A stretch of 64,000 bases of DNA from Candidatus Bathyarchaeia archaeon (GTDB lineage Archaea > Thermoproteota > Bathyarchaeia > Bathyarchaeales > Bathycorpusculaceae). Of this stretch, positions 1-10,877 are shown in pieces. The translations under genes were made by a program, and so were the position numbers. The stretch spans positions 39,144-103,143 of the forward strand of contig JAVZLK010000005.1 in NCBI GenBank assembly GCA_038883795.1. Direction: 5' to 3'. The notes below the pieces were generated by a model, which was given only the letters and a program-made list of their open reading frames with translations, was not told where the DNA came from and did not search any database. Within the stretch, counting starts at the first letter, position 1. Each line of letters opens with the position of its first letter.

Positions 1-674
1 TATTTTACTGAGGCGTCTATCCCCTCTTTTGTGGCTTCTCCCCTGTGGAATGCCCAGAAGGCTTCGTTAAAAACTGCGCCTAATATTCTGTTCACTATAA
101 AGCCACGAACGTCTTTTCGCACTACTATGGGCGTTTTTCCAAGTTTTTTGGCAAGTTCCACCAGCAAATTTATGGTTTCTTGGCTTGTGCCTTCGCCCTT
201 AATAACTTCAACCAAAGCCATCAGCTGGGGTGGGTTGAAGAAGTGCATTCCAGCCACTTTTTCTGGACGTTTTGTTGCTTTTCCCATTTCTGTTATGCTT
301 AATGTTGAAGTGTTAGATGCAAATATTGCATGCGAAGGAGCCAACTGATCAAGGGTTGCGAAAACCTTCTTCTTAACCTCAATATTTTCCACAACTGCTT
401 CTACAGCTAGGTCTATGTCTTTCGCTGCTTGCTCATAACTTGTTGTCGTATTTATCCGCGCTAAAGTTGCTGCTGCATCTTCTGTCCTTATCCGTTTTTT
501 CTCCACAAATTTATCTAAACTCCATTTAATTTTCTCCATCCCCTTTCGCAGAAGTTCATCGCTTATATCCACCATCGCAACCTCGTAGCCAGCCATTGCC
601 AAAAGCTGAGCAATTCCATGACCCATTGCTCCAGAACCTATAACTGCCGCTTTTTTCAAATTTTCAATAGTCAC
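1..674 (-). CDS. 3-hydroxyacyl-CoA dehydrogenase, N-terminal part (runs off the window edge)
   Basis: Not in the ORF track. Translated by hand from GTG at 674: MTIENLKKAAVIGSGAMGHGIAQ...EAVVENIEVKKKVF...ASNTSTLSITEM...GMHFFNPP...GFIVNRIL. Shows Rossmann GxGxxG and the HFFNP motif, with a GGAGGA RBS upstream. Confidence 0.93.
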   Translation of the reverse strand, partial: MTIENLKKAAVIGSGAMGHGIAQLLAMAGYEVAMVDISDELLRKGMEKIKWSLDKFVEKKRIRTEDAAATLARINTTTSYEQAAKDIDLAVEAVVENIEVKKKVFATLDQLAPSHAIFASNTSTLSITEMGKATKRPEKVAGMHFFNPPQLMALVEVIKGEGTSQETINLLVELAKKLGKTPIVVRKDVRGFIVNRILGAVFNEAFWAFHRGEATKEGIDASVK

Positions 675-795
675 AAATTTTCCTCCTTTCTAATGCGTAA
701 TGTTGAAGTGGCAAAGGTAATAAGATTTTTGAAAAGAAAAAGCGGAATTTCCTTAAAACTCACTGGATTTATCGAAAATAAAGAAGGAGAAACGG

Positions 796-1950
796 CTAAG
801 TTTGTTTTTGTAGGAAATTGATTATGGTAAGTTTTTGAATTTCGCTTGTTCCTTCGTAAATTTCAGTTATCTTTGCGCAGCGGTGAAAACGTTCCACATG
901 ATAGTCTGCCAAATAGCCGTATCCTCCAAAGATTTGGATAGCCTCATCCGTGACTTCCATGGCTACTCGGCTGGCGTAAGCTTTTGCCATAGAAGTTGCC
1001 ATCGGGTTTGGTTTTTCCTTATCGTAGAGCCATGCTGCCTTATATGTCATTAAGCGGGCTGCCTCTATTTTCATAGCCATTTCAGCAAGTTTGAAGGATA
1101 CCCCCTGGAAGTTTATTAGTGGTTGGCCAAATTGTTTGCGAGTTTTAGCATAGTTCAGGGCTCTTTCAAAGGCTCCTTGAGCCATTCCGACTGCTTGGGC
1201 TGCAACAGTAATGCGGGTTCCATCAAAAAGCTCTAGCGCATAATAAAAGCCCTTGTTTAATTCGCCAACCAAGTTTGCTTCTGGCACTCTTAAATCGCTT
1301 AGAGAAAGCGAACCAGTAACGCATGGTTTTATTCCCATCTTTCCATGCAATTTTGTGGCTTCTAATCCTGGCATGCCCTTTTCTGCTAGGAATAGGCTTT
1401 GTCCTCTATGGGGTGGTGTTGCATTTGGGTCTGTCTGGCACAATATTATGAAGGTGTCTGCTATAGGAGCGTTTGTAATGAATTGTTTATCGCCATTAAT
1501 AACCCACTCATTTCCATCTTTGATGGCTGTGGTATCCATTCGTGTTATGTCGCTTCCATGTTCTGGTTCTGTGAAGGCGGCTGCAGCAATTTTCTCTCCT
1601 TTCGCAAGGGGCGGAATGTATTTTTCTTTTTGCTCTTCGCTGCCATGTTTTAGAAGCACATCCGGCACCATAAGGTTTCCAAGAGAAACAGCCACGCCTA
1701 AACCGGGATCCACTCGGCACATTTCTTCGACAACTATGCACTCTTCTAGGACGCCGTAGCCTTGTCCGCCATATTCTGTTGGTATCCTCATGCTTGTAAA
1801 TCCGAGTTGGGCTGCCTTTTTGTAAAGTGCCATTGGAAAATCTTCTTTTTTGTCGTATTCTAAAGCGAGTTCTGGTGTGAACTCTTTTTCGCAGAATTCT
1901 CGGACGGCACGCTTTATTTCTTGTTGTTCCTCGTTTAGTTTAAACTCCAT
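796..1950 (-). CDS. Acyl-CoA dehydrogenase
   Basis: FTEPEHGSD, NGDKQFITN, QFGQPL..FQ, QIFGGYGY and IYEGTSEIQ motifs; directly downstream of etfBA. Confidence 0.95.
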   Translation of the reverse strand: MEFKLNEEQQEIKRAVREFCEKEFTPELALEYDKKEDFPMALYKKAAQLGFTSMRIPTEYGGQGYGVLEECIVVEEMCRVDPGLGVAVSLGNLMVPDVLLKHGSEEQKEKYIPPLAKGEKIAAAAFTEPEHGSDITRMDTTAIKDGNEWVINGDKQFITNAPIADTFIILCQTDPNATPPHRGQSLFLAEKGMPGLEATKLHGKMGIKPCVTGSLSLSDLRVPEANLVGELNKGFYYALELFDGTRITVAAQAVGMAQGAFERALNYAKTRKQFGQPLINFQGVSFKLAEMAMKIEAARLMTYKAAWLYDKEKPNPMATSMAKAYASRVAMEVTDEAIQIFGGYGYLADYHVERFHRCAKITEIYEGTSEIQKLTIINFLQKQT

Positions 1951-1982
1951 TTTCAGTTTTCTCCTTTCAAGGTTTTAGAAGT

Positions 1983-2972
1983 TTAGGCTTTCTGTCCCTT
2001 CAACTCATAAATCTTGTTCTTCAAAGACGGCACAATTTTAAACAAGTCTTCAACAACGCCATAGTCTGCGAAACTGAATATCGGCGCATTTGGGTCTTTG
2101 TTTATGGCTATTATCAAATCAGAGTTTTTCATCCCCAAAACATGCTGAAAGGCACCACTTATTCCAACAGCAATATAAAGCTTCGGTTTTACGGTTTTTC
2201 CTGAACTTCCAACTTGGCGGTCATTGGGAAGCCAGCCCTTATCCACTATTGGACGTGAGCAGGCGAGAACTGCGCCTATGCTTTTGGCAAAATCCTCTAT
2301 TAGGGGTATGTTGCTTTGGTCTTTTATTCCTCGACCTATTCCAACAAGTTTTTCTGCGGCGGTTATGTCAACTCCGCCAGGAGGCGGCAATACATACTGA
2401 ATGAAGCGTTTCGTGATTACCTCTTCCGTGAGAGGCGATGGTTTTTCTATTATTTCTCCATTTAGTGGCGTGGCTGGTTTTTGGGCTGTAAATGCTGCTT
2501 GGCGAACTGTTACCATGTAGCTTTCTGCTTTGCGCATGGTTGCTTTTACGTTCACTTTTCCTCCATACATTTGCCTAGTAACACTCAGCGTGTCACCTTC
2601 CCATGTGAGGTCTATGCAGTCAGTGGCAAGTGGAATATTCAAGGCTGCAGCAAGTCTTGGAGCCAACTCAATGCCATAAGACGTATGCCCAATCATTGTT
2701 AAGATCGGCTTATATTCCTTAATGAGGTTTGTTAGCACTTTTTGATAAGCTTCAGAATTAAAGTTTTCAAGTTTTGCGTCTTCAACAACCAAAACTTTTT
2801 TGGCATATTCAGTTAATGCCTTCGCTTTTTCCTTAACTTCTTTGCCAAGAATCACCGCAGTTAATTCCATGCCTGCCTTTTCTGCAGTTTCTCTAGCTTT
2901 TGTCAACATTTCATAAGTTATATCGCGGATTTGTCCTTGCCTATGCTCTGCTAAAACAAAAATTTCCGCCAT
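1983..2972 (-). CDS. etfA: Electron transfer flavoprotein alpha subunit
   Basis: RQVGSSGKTVKPKLYIAVGISGAFQHVLGM and AINKDPNAPIF FAD-binding motifs. Confidence 0.96.
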   Translation of the reverse strand: MAEIFVLAEHRQGQIRDITYEMLTKARETAEKAGMELTAVILGKEVKEKAKALTEYAKKVLVVEDAKLENFNSEAYQKVLTNLIKEYKPILTMIGHTSYGIELAPRLAAALNIPLATDCIDLTWEGDTLSVTRQMYGGKVNVKATMRKAESYMVTVRQAAFTAQKPATPLNGEIIEKPSPLTEEVITKRFIQYVLPPPGGVDITAAEKLVGIGRGIKDQSNIPLIEDFAKSIGAVLACSRPIVDKGWLPNDRQVGSSGKTVKPKLYIAVGISGAFQHVLGMKNSDLIIAINKDPNAPIFSFADYGVVEDLFKIVPSLKNKIYELKGQKA

Positions 2973-3761
2973 TTATATCAACCCCCTTGCCTTTAGGATT
3001 TCAGCAATTTTCGCAGCAATCTCGTCTGGGGTTCCTTTGAGAAATTCTGCTTGCTTTTCAGTTGGCGGCACATAAAGCTTCTCTATTTTAAGCCAAGAAC
3101 CAGCATCGCCAACATCAGCCTCAGACAAGCCTGTATCTGCTAATGTCATAACTTTTATTTCTTTTTGCATAGCCTTTCGAATGCCCATTATAGAAACATA
3201 GCGGGGCTCATTAATGCCCGTCTGAACGGAAATTAATGCTGGCAACTTTATTTCAAGCTGCTCTTCTAAACCGCCTTCCAATTCACGGTTAACCTTGGCT
3301 GCTCCAGCCTCCAACTCAATTTTTTTAACCATTGTCGTGTGAGGGATTCCGAGCATTTCAGCCAATATTGGGCCTACCATGGCGTAGCCATCATCGCTAG
3401 CCTGCATGCCAGTCAAAATCAAATCGTAATGAAGCGTTTTGATGACGCTGTGCAAAATTTTTGCTATGGCATAAGCGTCTGAGCCAGCAAATTTTGGGTC
3501 TGTTAGGCGTATGGCTCTGTCTGCTCCACGGGCTAAACACTTGCGCAGTGTGCTGTCTGACTCTTCAGTGCCTATGGTTATGGCTGTAACTGTTCCGCCA
3601 AATTTCTCTTTGATGCGCACAGCCTCTTCCAAAGCATAATCGTCCCACTCATTAATGTCGAAGACCAACCCAGCCTTTTCTATGCCTTTGCCGCTAGCAT
3701 CAATTTTTAGTTCCGCCTCTGCAGTTTCTGGAACATGCTTAACACAAACAATAATATCCAA
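2973..3761 (-). CDS. etfB: Electron transfer flavoprotein beta subunit
   Basis: IIVCVKHVP...INEWDDYALEEA...INEPRY; abuts etfA. Confidence 0.96.
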   Translation of the reverse strand: MDIIVCVKHVPETAEAELKIDASGKGIEKAGLVFDINEWDDYALEEAVRIKEKFGGTVTAITIGTEESDSTLRKCLARGADRAIRLTDPKFAGSDAYAIAKILHSVIKTLHYDLILTGMQASDDGYAMVGPILAEMLGIPHTTMVKKIELEAGAAKVNRELEGGLEEQLEIKLPALISVQTGINEPRYVSIMGIRKAMQKEIKVMTLADTGLSEADVGDAGSWLKIEKLYVPPTEKQAEFLKGTPDEIAAKIAEILKARGLI

Positions 3762-3904
3762 TTCGCTTTGCTCTCCCCATGTTTGAATCCTTCATTTACA
3801 ACCGTTTTTCATAAAACTTTTGCTTCAAAAACGATTTTAACACCATTAAGCTCTTATTTTTGTAAAATTGCCAATAATGTTATAATTGCAAATCTTATTA
3901 TTTA

Positions 3905-4336
3905 TTGGTGCTGATTGGGATGCCAATAAACATTGACCAACTTAAACAAAGAATAAATGAAATTCTCGAATCGGAGACTGAAATTAAACGTTTAACATCA
4001 AAATCTTACACTAAAATGAGCATAGAAGAAAAATACGCTGTTAGATATCATATCATAGTGACTGCGGAAGCTTTAGGAAGCATATGCCTTCAAATAGCCA
4101 TGGAAGACCTTAAACTTGCACCACAGTCATACTCAGAATGCTTCAAAATAATGGAAAAAGAAGGTATCTGTGACTGTGCTAAGGATTTAATCGCACTGAT
4201 GCGTCTCAGAAACCTATTAACACATCGTTATTGGATAACAGACGACGCCAAAATCTACGATTCCATCAAAAACAACTTCAAGGCTGTAGACAGATTCTTA
4301 AAGAGCGTGAAGGAAAAATATGCAATCAACGTATGA
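3905..4336 (+). CDS. HEPN (DUF86/HepT-like) RNase toxin
   Basis: Rx4H motif RNLLTHRY and PQSY motif; overlaps the downstream nucleotidyltransferase. The start may be ATG 3920. Confidence 0.85.
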   Translation: MVLIGMPINIDQLKQRINEILESETEIKRLTSKSYTKMSIEEKYAVRYHIIVTAEALGSICLQIAMEDLKLAPQSYSECFKIMEKEGICDCAKDLIALMRLRNLLTHRYWITDDAKIYDSIKNNFKAVDRFLKSVKEKYAINV

Positions 4337-4691
4337 TAAAATACAATTCTACAAGCTTAATCAAAAAGGGAAAGAAGAAATAATCAAAAAAATCAGAAAA
4401 TTATTAGCAAACCAGAAAAGAGTTCAGCTTGCAATACTTTTTGGAAGCATAACGACACGAGAGTACATAAGGGATATAGATTTATGCATACATTCAAACC
4501 CAAAATTAAATTTCGAAGAATTGCTTGACCTAAACGCTAGAATAGAGCTAGCCCTTGGCGTTCCAGTCGACCTTGTGGAGCTGAAAAACCTTTCTCCAAA
4601 TTTTCAAACAAACATCTTAAGAAATGGCATTCTAATAAAAGGACAAAAAACACTATTGAATAAGCTTCTAAACCAAGCAACCATTCAATAG
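4320..4691 (+). CDS. Minimal nucleotidyltransferase (MntA-like) antitoxin
   Basis: LFGS...RDIDL and VDLV motifs of the MNT family; paired with the HEPN gene. Confidence 0.85.
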   Translation: MQSTYDKIQFYKLNQKGKEEIIKKIRKLLANQKRVQLAILFGSITTREYIRDIDLCIHSNPKLNFEELLDLNARIELALGVPVDLVELKNLSPNFQTNILRNGILIKGQKTLLNKLLNQATIQ

Positions 4692-4745
4692 GCTTATGGC
4701 TAATTTATAATAAATTTATCTCTAGAAGTGGGAAGCGCTATTGGC

Positions 4746-6976
<2,231 letters not shown>

Positions 6977-6984
<8 letters not shown>

Positions 6985-8206
6985 TTGCTTTCGCCTCCAC
7001 AGCTTCAATTTTTAACGGCGACATAGCAGCTATCTTTTTGAAAAATTCTTCAAATTTTTGATTAAATTCTCCTACACATCTGGGCGAAACTGTAAAAAGC
7101 TCAAACCGTTCAAGTAGTCCAGTCTTTTTTAGGAAGTTTTTAAGCACATCCATATTCCTATCGGCTGTTTCCCTTCCCTCTTGAAGTTTGCAGTCTTCTG
7201 CCGAACAAACAACAGCCATGACACCGTCAAAACCGCTGTGTAAGGCTTCTACAACGTGAACCGGGTCTAGAGCCTTGAAGCATGGAATTTCCATGACTAC
7301 TGCCTTCTTCTTAAAAAGTAGGCATTCTGGGTCGTCTAAACAAGAAAATTCTGACCATTGACAGCAGAAAATAAGTATGGATGGAAAGCTGGCTTCAGTT
7401 TTCATTTTTCTAGCTGCTTCTCCGTAAAGTCTCACTAATTTGCTAATGTTTTCGAATTCGAAACCTTTAACCTGAATTGCCAAATGTGGACAAACAAGTG
7501 CGCATGCTCCACAACCCATGCACGCTTCCTGAATTATTCGTGGTGTTGCAAACTCTTCAGCTTCTATGGCGCCGTATGGGCATATAAAAACGCATTTGTC
7601 GCAGCCAACACATTTTTCTGTGTCATAAACAGCCTTATGTGAATACTTAATAACTTTCAACGCTTCTTTGCTGAAGCCTAACTGCTCCAGAACAGCTTGG
7701 CTAAGCATAAGCCTTCTAGTGTTAATTTTTGTTCCCCTTTTGAAGCGGCAAAACTCGTCCTCACATTGTATGGAAACAATGTTTTTTATGCCAGAATTTA
7801 ACGCTTTGAAAATGAATTCTGTGGGCACTCTTCCAGAGCATGGTAAACGTAATGGTATGTAGCTTTTTATGTTTAAACCTTGACTTTCAAGAATATCCTC
7901 AATTTCACATGTGGCGGGAGAGTTTCCCCTACACATGAGAACAAGCGTATCGCCCTTCTCCTTTTCCCTCATACAATTAACATAGTTTAGTAAACTTTCA
8001 TAATTGTAATAGACAATTTCTATCGCCAAAGACGGACATGCGCTATAACATATTCCGCAAACTTGGCATTTTTGAAGGTCTATTTCTACCTTTCCCGTTT
8101 CAGCGTCACGTTTTATAGCCTCGTAAGGACATATGGAATGGCATATTGAACATCTGCTACAATAGTCTTGGTTAATGGTTACTGCGGCAGCGCAAGGTTC
8201 ACTCAT
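6977..8206 (-). CDS. Tandem (2x[4Fe-4S] ferredoxin + MvhD-like) x2 iron-sulfur protein
   Basis: Four CxxCxxCxxxCP motifs in two pairs, each followed by an MvhD-like segment (LRLPCSGRVP...QCEDEFC; FCCQW...EIPCFKALDP...GFDGVMAVVCSAEDC). Confidence 0.8.
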
Positions 8207-8314
8207 CTACATTCCTCCAACGCTTTGCGGTTAAACGATTTTGCTTCAAATTTGCGTTAAGGTTTAGAATTCTTGAAAAGAGTGTTCCAAAAATATAATG
8301 ATTTTGGAATGGGT

Positions 8315-9250
8315 TTACGGTTTATAATAGTAAGGTCTTCGGATGTAACCATAAGCCTCTAGAGCTGCAGTTATACCTTGCCCCACAGCAGTTCCAACTT
8401 GCTTAACCGGATGATTTGTGACGTCGCCGGCAGCATAAACCCCTGGAATGTTTGTTCTTTGGCGAATGTCAACCATAATATAACCATCCTCATCAACAGC
8501 GACGCCCGCTTCCTTAGCTAGTTGACTGTTTGGGTCTTCTCCAACCTGAACAAAAACGCCGTCAACAAGCAACTCCTCAGTTTCCCTAGTCTTATTGTTA
8601 AAAATTATAACTTTGTTAACTAACCTTTCGCCCTTAATTTCACTAATTTCCGTGTTCCACAAAATTTCAACATTCCCCCTAGCCTTTAAGGCTTTAACAA
8701 GCGCCTCCTCTGCTCTAAATTCTTCTCTGCGATGGGCAATCTTAACTTCTGAAGCCAAATCTGCTAAGTATAAGGCTGTTATGACAGCAGAGTTTCCGCC
8801 ACCAATAACAAGCACACGTTTTCCCTTAAACAAAGGTCCATCACAAATGCCACAGTAACTAACGCCTCTACCACGAAATTCTTTCTCTCCTCGAACGCCC
8901 AATTCACGGTAATGCGAGCCGGAAGCGATTATAACGGCCTTTGCTTCATATGTGGTTTTATTTGTCTTTATAATTTTTTTATCGCCTTTAAGGTTCATTT
9001 CAACAACTTTTTCAAATTCGTGGACTGTGGCGCCGGCTTTTCTGCAGTGAGTCACCATTTTTTGGGCTAATTCCATTCCGTTTATAGTTTGAAATCCTGG
9101 ATAATTCTCAATTATAGGCGCATCAGCCGTTGTTCCTCCGGCCAATTTCTCGTCTAAAACAAGTGTTTTTAGTCCGCTTCTTGCGCCATAAATTCCGGCG
9201 GCTAAGCCTGCAGCGCCTCCGCCGATTATTATTAGGTCCCAGTTTTCCAT
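8315..9250 (-). CDS. trxB: Thioredoxin-disulfide reductase
   Basis: GGGAAG, IENYPG, GVSYCGICDG redox CxxC, GGGNSA and AAGD. Probable ATG start at 9250; the ORF track extends to 9259. Confidence 0.93.
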   Translation of the reverse strand: MENWDLIIIGGGAAGLAAGIYGARSGLKTLVLDEKLAGGTTADAPIIENYPGFQTINGMELAQKMVTHCRKAGATVHEFEKVVEMNLKGDKKIIKTNKTTYEAKAVIIASGSHYRELGVRGEKEFRGRGVSYCGICDGPLFKGKRVLVIGGGNSAVITALYLADLASEVKIAHRREEFRAEEALVKALKARGNVEILWNTEISEIKGERLVNKVIIFNNKTRETEELLVDGVFVQVGEDPNSQLAKEAGVAVDEDGYIMVDIRQRTNIPGVYAAGDVTNHPVKQVGTAVGQGITAALEAYGYIRRPYYYKP

Positions 9251-9300
9251 GTTCAGCAACCTTGAAACAAATAGTTTGGTATTGTTTAAATGGGTTATGC

Positions 9301-9444
9301 CTAATATTCTTCGTCTTCGTAATCCATGTCCGCTATTTCTATTTCATAACATTCTTGGCATAAGCCATCAAAGGTTTCATACTCTTCTTTTGTGATTCTC
9401 TTGCCACACATTATACACTCATAAACTTCCTCTTTCTCATTCAT
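9301..9444 (-). CDS. 47-aa acidic CxxC...CxxC microprotein
   Basis: Hand-translated: MNEKEEVYECIMCGKRITKEEYETFDGLCQECYEIEIADMDYEDEEY*. The ATG begins 1 nt after the stop of the upstream paralog. Confidence 0.75.
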   Translation of the reverse strand: MNEKEEVYECIMCGKRITKEEYETFDGLCQECYEIEIADMDYEDEEY

Positions 9445-9445
9445 T

Positions 9446-9610
9446 TTACATAACGTCTCCAAACATCATAAGCGATTCTTCAGTCATCTGGTCGTCCCAG
9501 CATTCCCAGCACATTTCATCATACGCTTCATACTCTTCTCGGCTAATTTCTCGACCGCAAACAGAACAATAATACTTTTCTTCCTTTTTCTTCTTTTTCT
9601 GTTTCTTCAA
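9446..9610 (-). CDS. 54-aa CxxC...CxxC microprotein with a basic N-terminus
   Basis: Hand-translated from TTG: MKKQKKKKKEEKYYCSVCGREISREEYEAYDEMCWECWDDQMTEESLMMFGDVM*. Clearly paralogous to 9301..9444. Confidence 0.72.
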   Translation of the reverse strand: MKKQKKKKKEEKYYCSVCGREISREEYEAYDEMCWECWDDQMTEESLMMFGDVM

Positions 9611-9667
9611 ATGGAATCGCTAACACATTTACAAAAATTAGAAATAATAGCCTAAAAACATTATGAA

Positions 9668-10789
9668 TTACAAAGCAAGCGTTAACAATTCTGCTATGTC
9701 CATTACTTGAATTTTGCCTTCATTTCCAGTCGTCTTAACCGCATCTTCGATAGTTAATAAGCAGAAGGGGCATGCCACAGCCAAAATTTCTGCACCAGCA
9801 GCAACAGCATCCTTAACGCGAATTTCTGCTAAACGTGGTCCTGGAATGTCAACCCACATTCTTCCGCCGCCACCTTCGCAGCACAAACTACGAGCTCTTG
9901 AACGGTCAAACTCCAACAATGTTACGCCTGGTATGCTTTCAATGACTTTTCTAGGCTCTTCATAAATGTTGTTTTGTTTTCCAAGGAAACATGGGTCATG
10001 ATAGATAACTTTCTTTTTCACTTCTTTCGAGAACGTTAGTTTTTTGTCGTCAATTAGTTTTGCCAATAATTGTGTGTGATGTTGAACTTCAAAGCTTGTT
10101 TGGTTGTAACGGTTTTTGAAGGCATGAAACCCATGGGGACAATTTGTAACAGTCTGTTTTATGTTGTATTTGTTGAATATTTTCATGTTCTCTTCTACAA
10201 GAAATTCGAATAAGCCCTTCTCGCCCATACCATAAACTTCGCTTCCACAACAACTTTCTTCATCGCCTAAAACGCCGAAGTTTAAGCCCGCTTTCTGGAA
10301 GCAATTTACAAGCGCTTTGGCTACGTTTTGAACTCTTGGGTCGTAGGCTGAAGTGCAACCCACATAATATAGGGTTTCTGCGCCTTGAGAAACATGCTTG
10401 ACATTTAAGCCTTGAAGCCACTCGGAACGTTTGCTGCGAATTCTAGCCCATGGATTGCCATTTTTGAATATGCTTTCAAGAGCATCACGGATTGTTGGAG
10501 AAATTTGTCCCTCTTCAACTGCCATGCTGCGAATATCAATCAAAAATTCGTATGGGTTAAGGTCTTTTGGACATCGAACGCCGCAGGTGGAGCATGTTGT
10601 GCAACTCCACAACTCATTTTGCGGATGTATTGTTAACTTGCCCAGAGCGGAGACTTCCCGCATATATCGCCTAATATTCAAATTAGCCTTCTTTGAAACT
10701 GGACAAGCGCCAGTGCACATTCCACATTGAATACATTCAAGAAGCTTATGCTTTTGGATGAGTTCTTGAACGTTCATTTTATACATCAC
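9668..10789 (-). CDS. HdrD/GlpC-like Fe-S oxidoreductase (2x[4Fe-4S] + two CCG domains)
   Basis: CIQCGMCTGACP, CTTCSTCGVRCP, ESCCG, YHDPCFLG, CCEGGGG and ACPFC. Confidence 0.88.
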   Translation of the reverse strand: MMYKMNVQELIQKHKLLECIQCGMCTGACPVSKKANLNIRRYMREVSALGKLTIHPQNELWSCTTCSTCGVRCPKDLNPYEFLIDIRSMAVEEGQISPTIRDALESIFKNGNPWARIRSKRSEWLQGLNVKHVSQGAETLYYVGCTSAYDPRVQNVAKALVNCFQKAGLNFGVLGDEESCCGSEVYGMGEKGLFEFLVEENMKIFNKYNIKQTVTNCPHGFHAFKNRYNQTSFEVQHHTQLLAKLIDDKKLTFSKEVKKKVIYHDPCFLGKQNNIYEEPRKVIESIPGVTLLEFDRSRARSLCCEGGGGRMWVDIPGPRLAEIRVKDAVAAGAEILAVACPFCLLTIEDAVKTTGNEGKIQVMDIAELLTLAL

Positions 10790-10877
10790 TTTTGTTGCCT
10801 CTTAGAGGTAAGATTTTTAATAAGTCTTATCCTTTCTATCAATCCAAACAGACCATGAAAACTGGAGATTAATACCG

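Noticed and set aside
8285-8309. Inverted repeat TTCCAAAA-N9-TTTTGGAA after trxB
   Set aside because: A single weak AT-rich stem; I cannot distinguish terminator, operator or chance.
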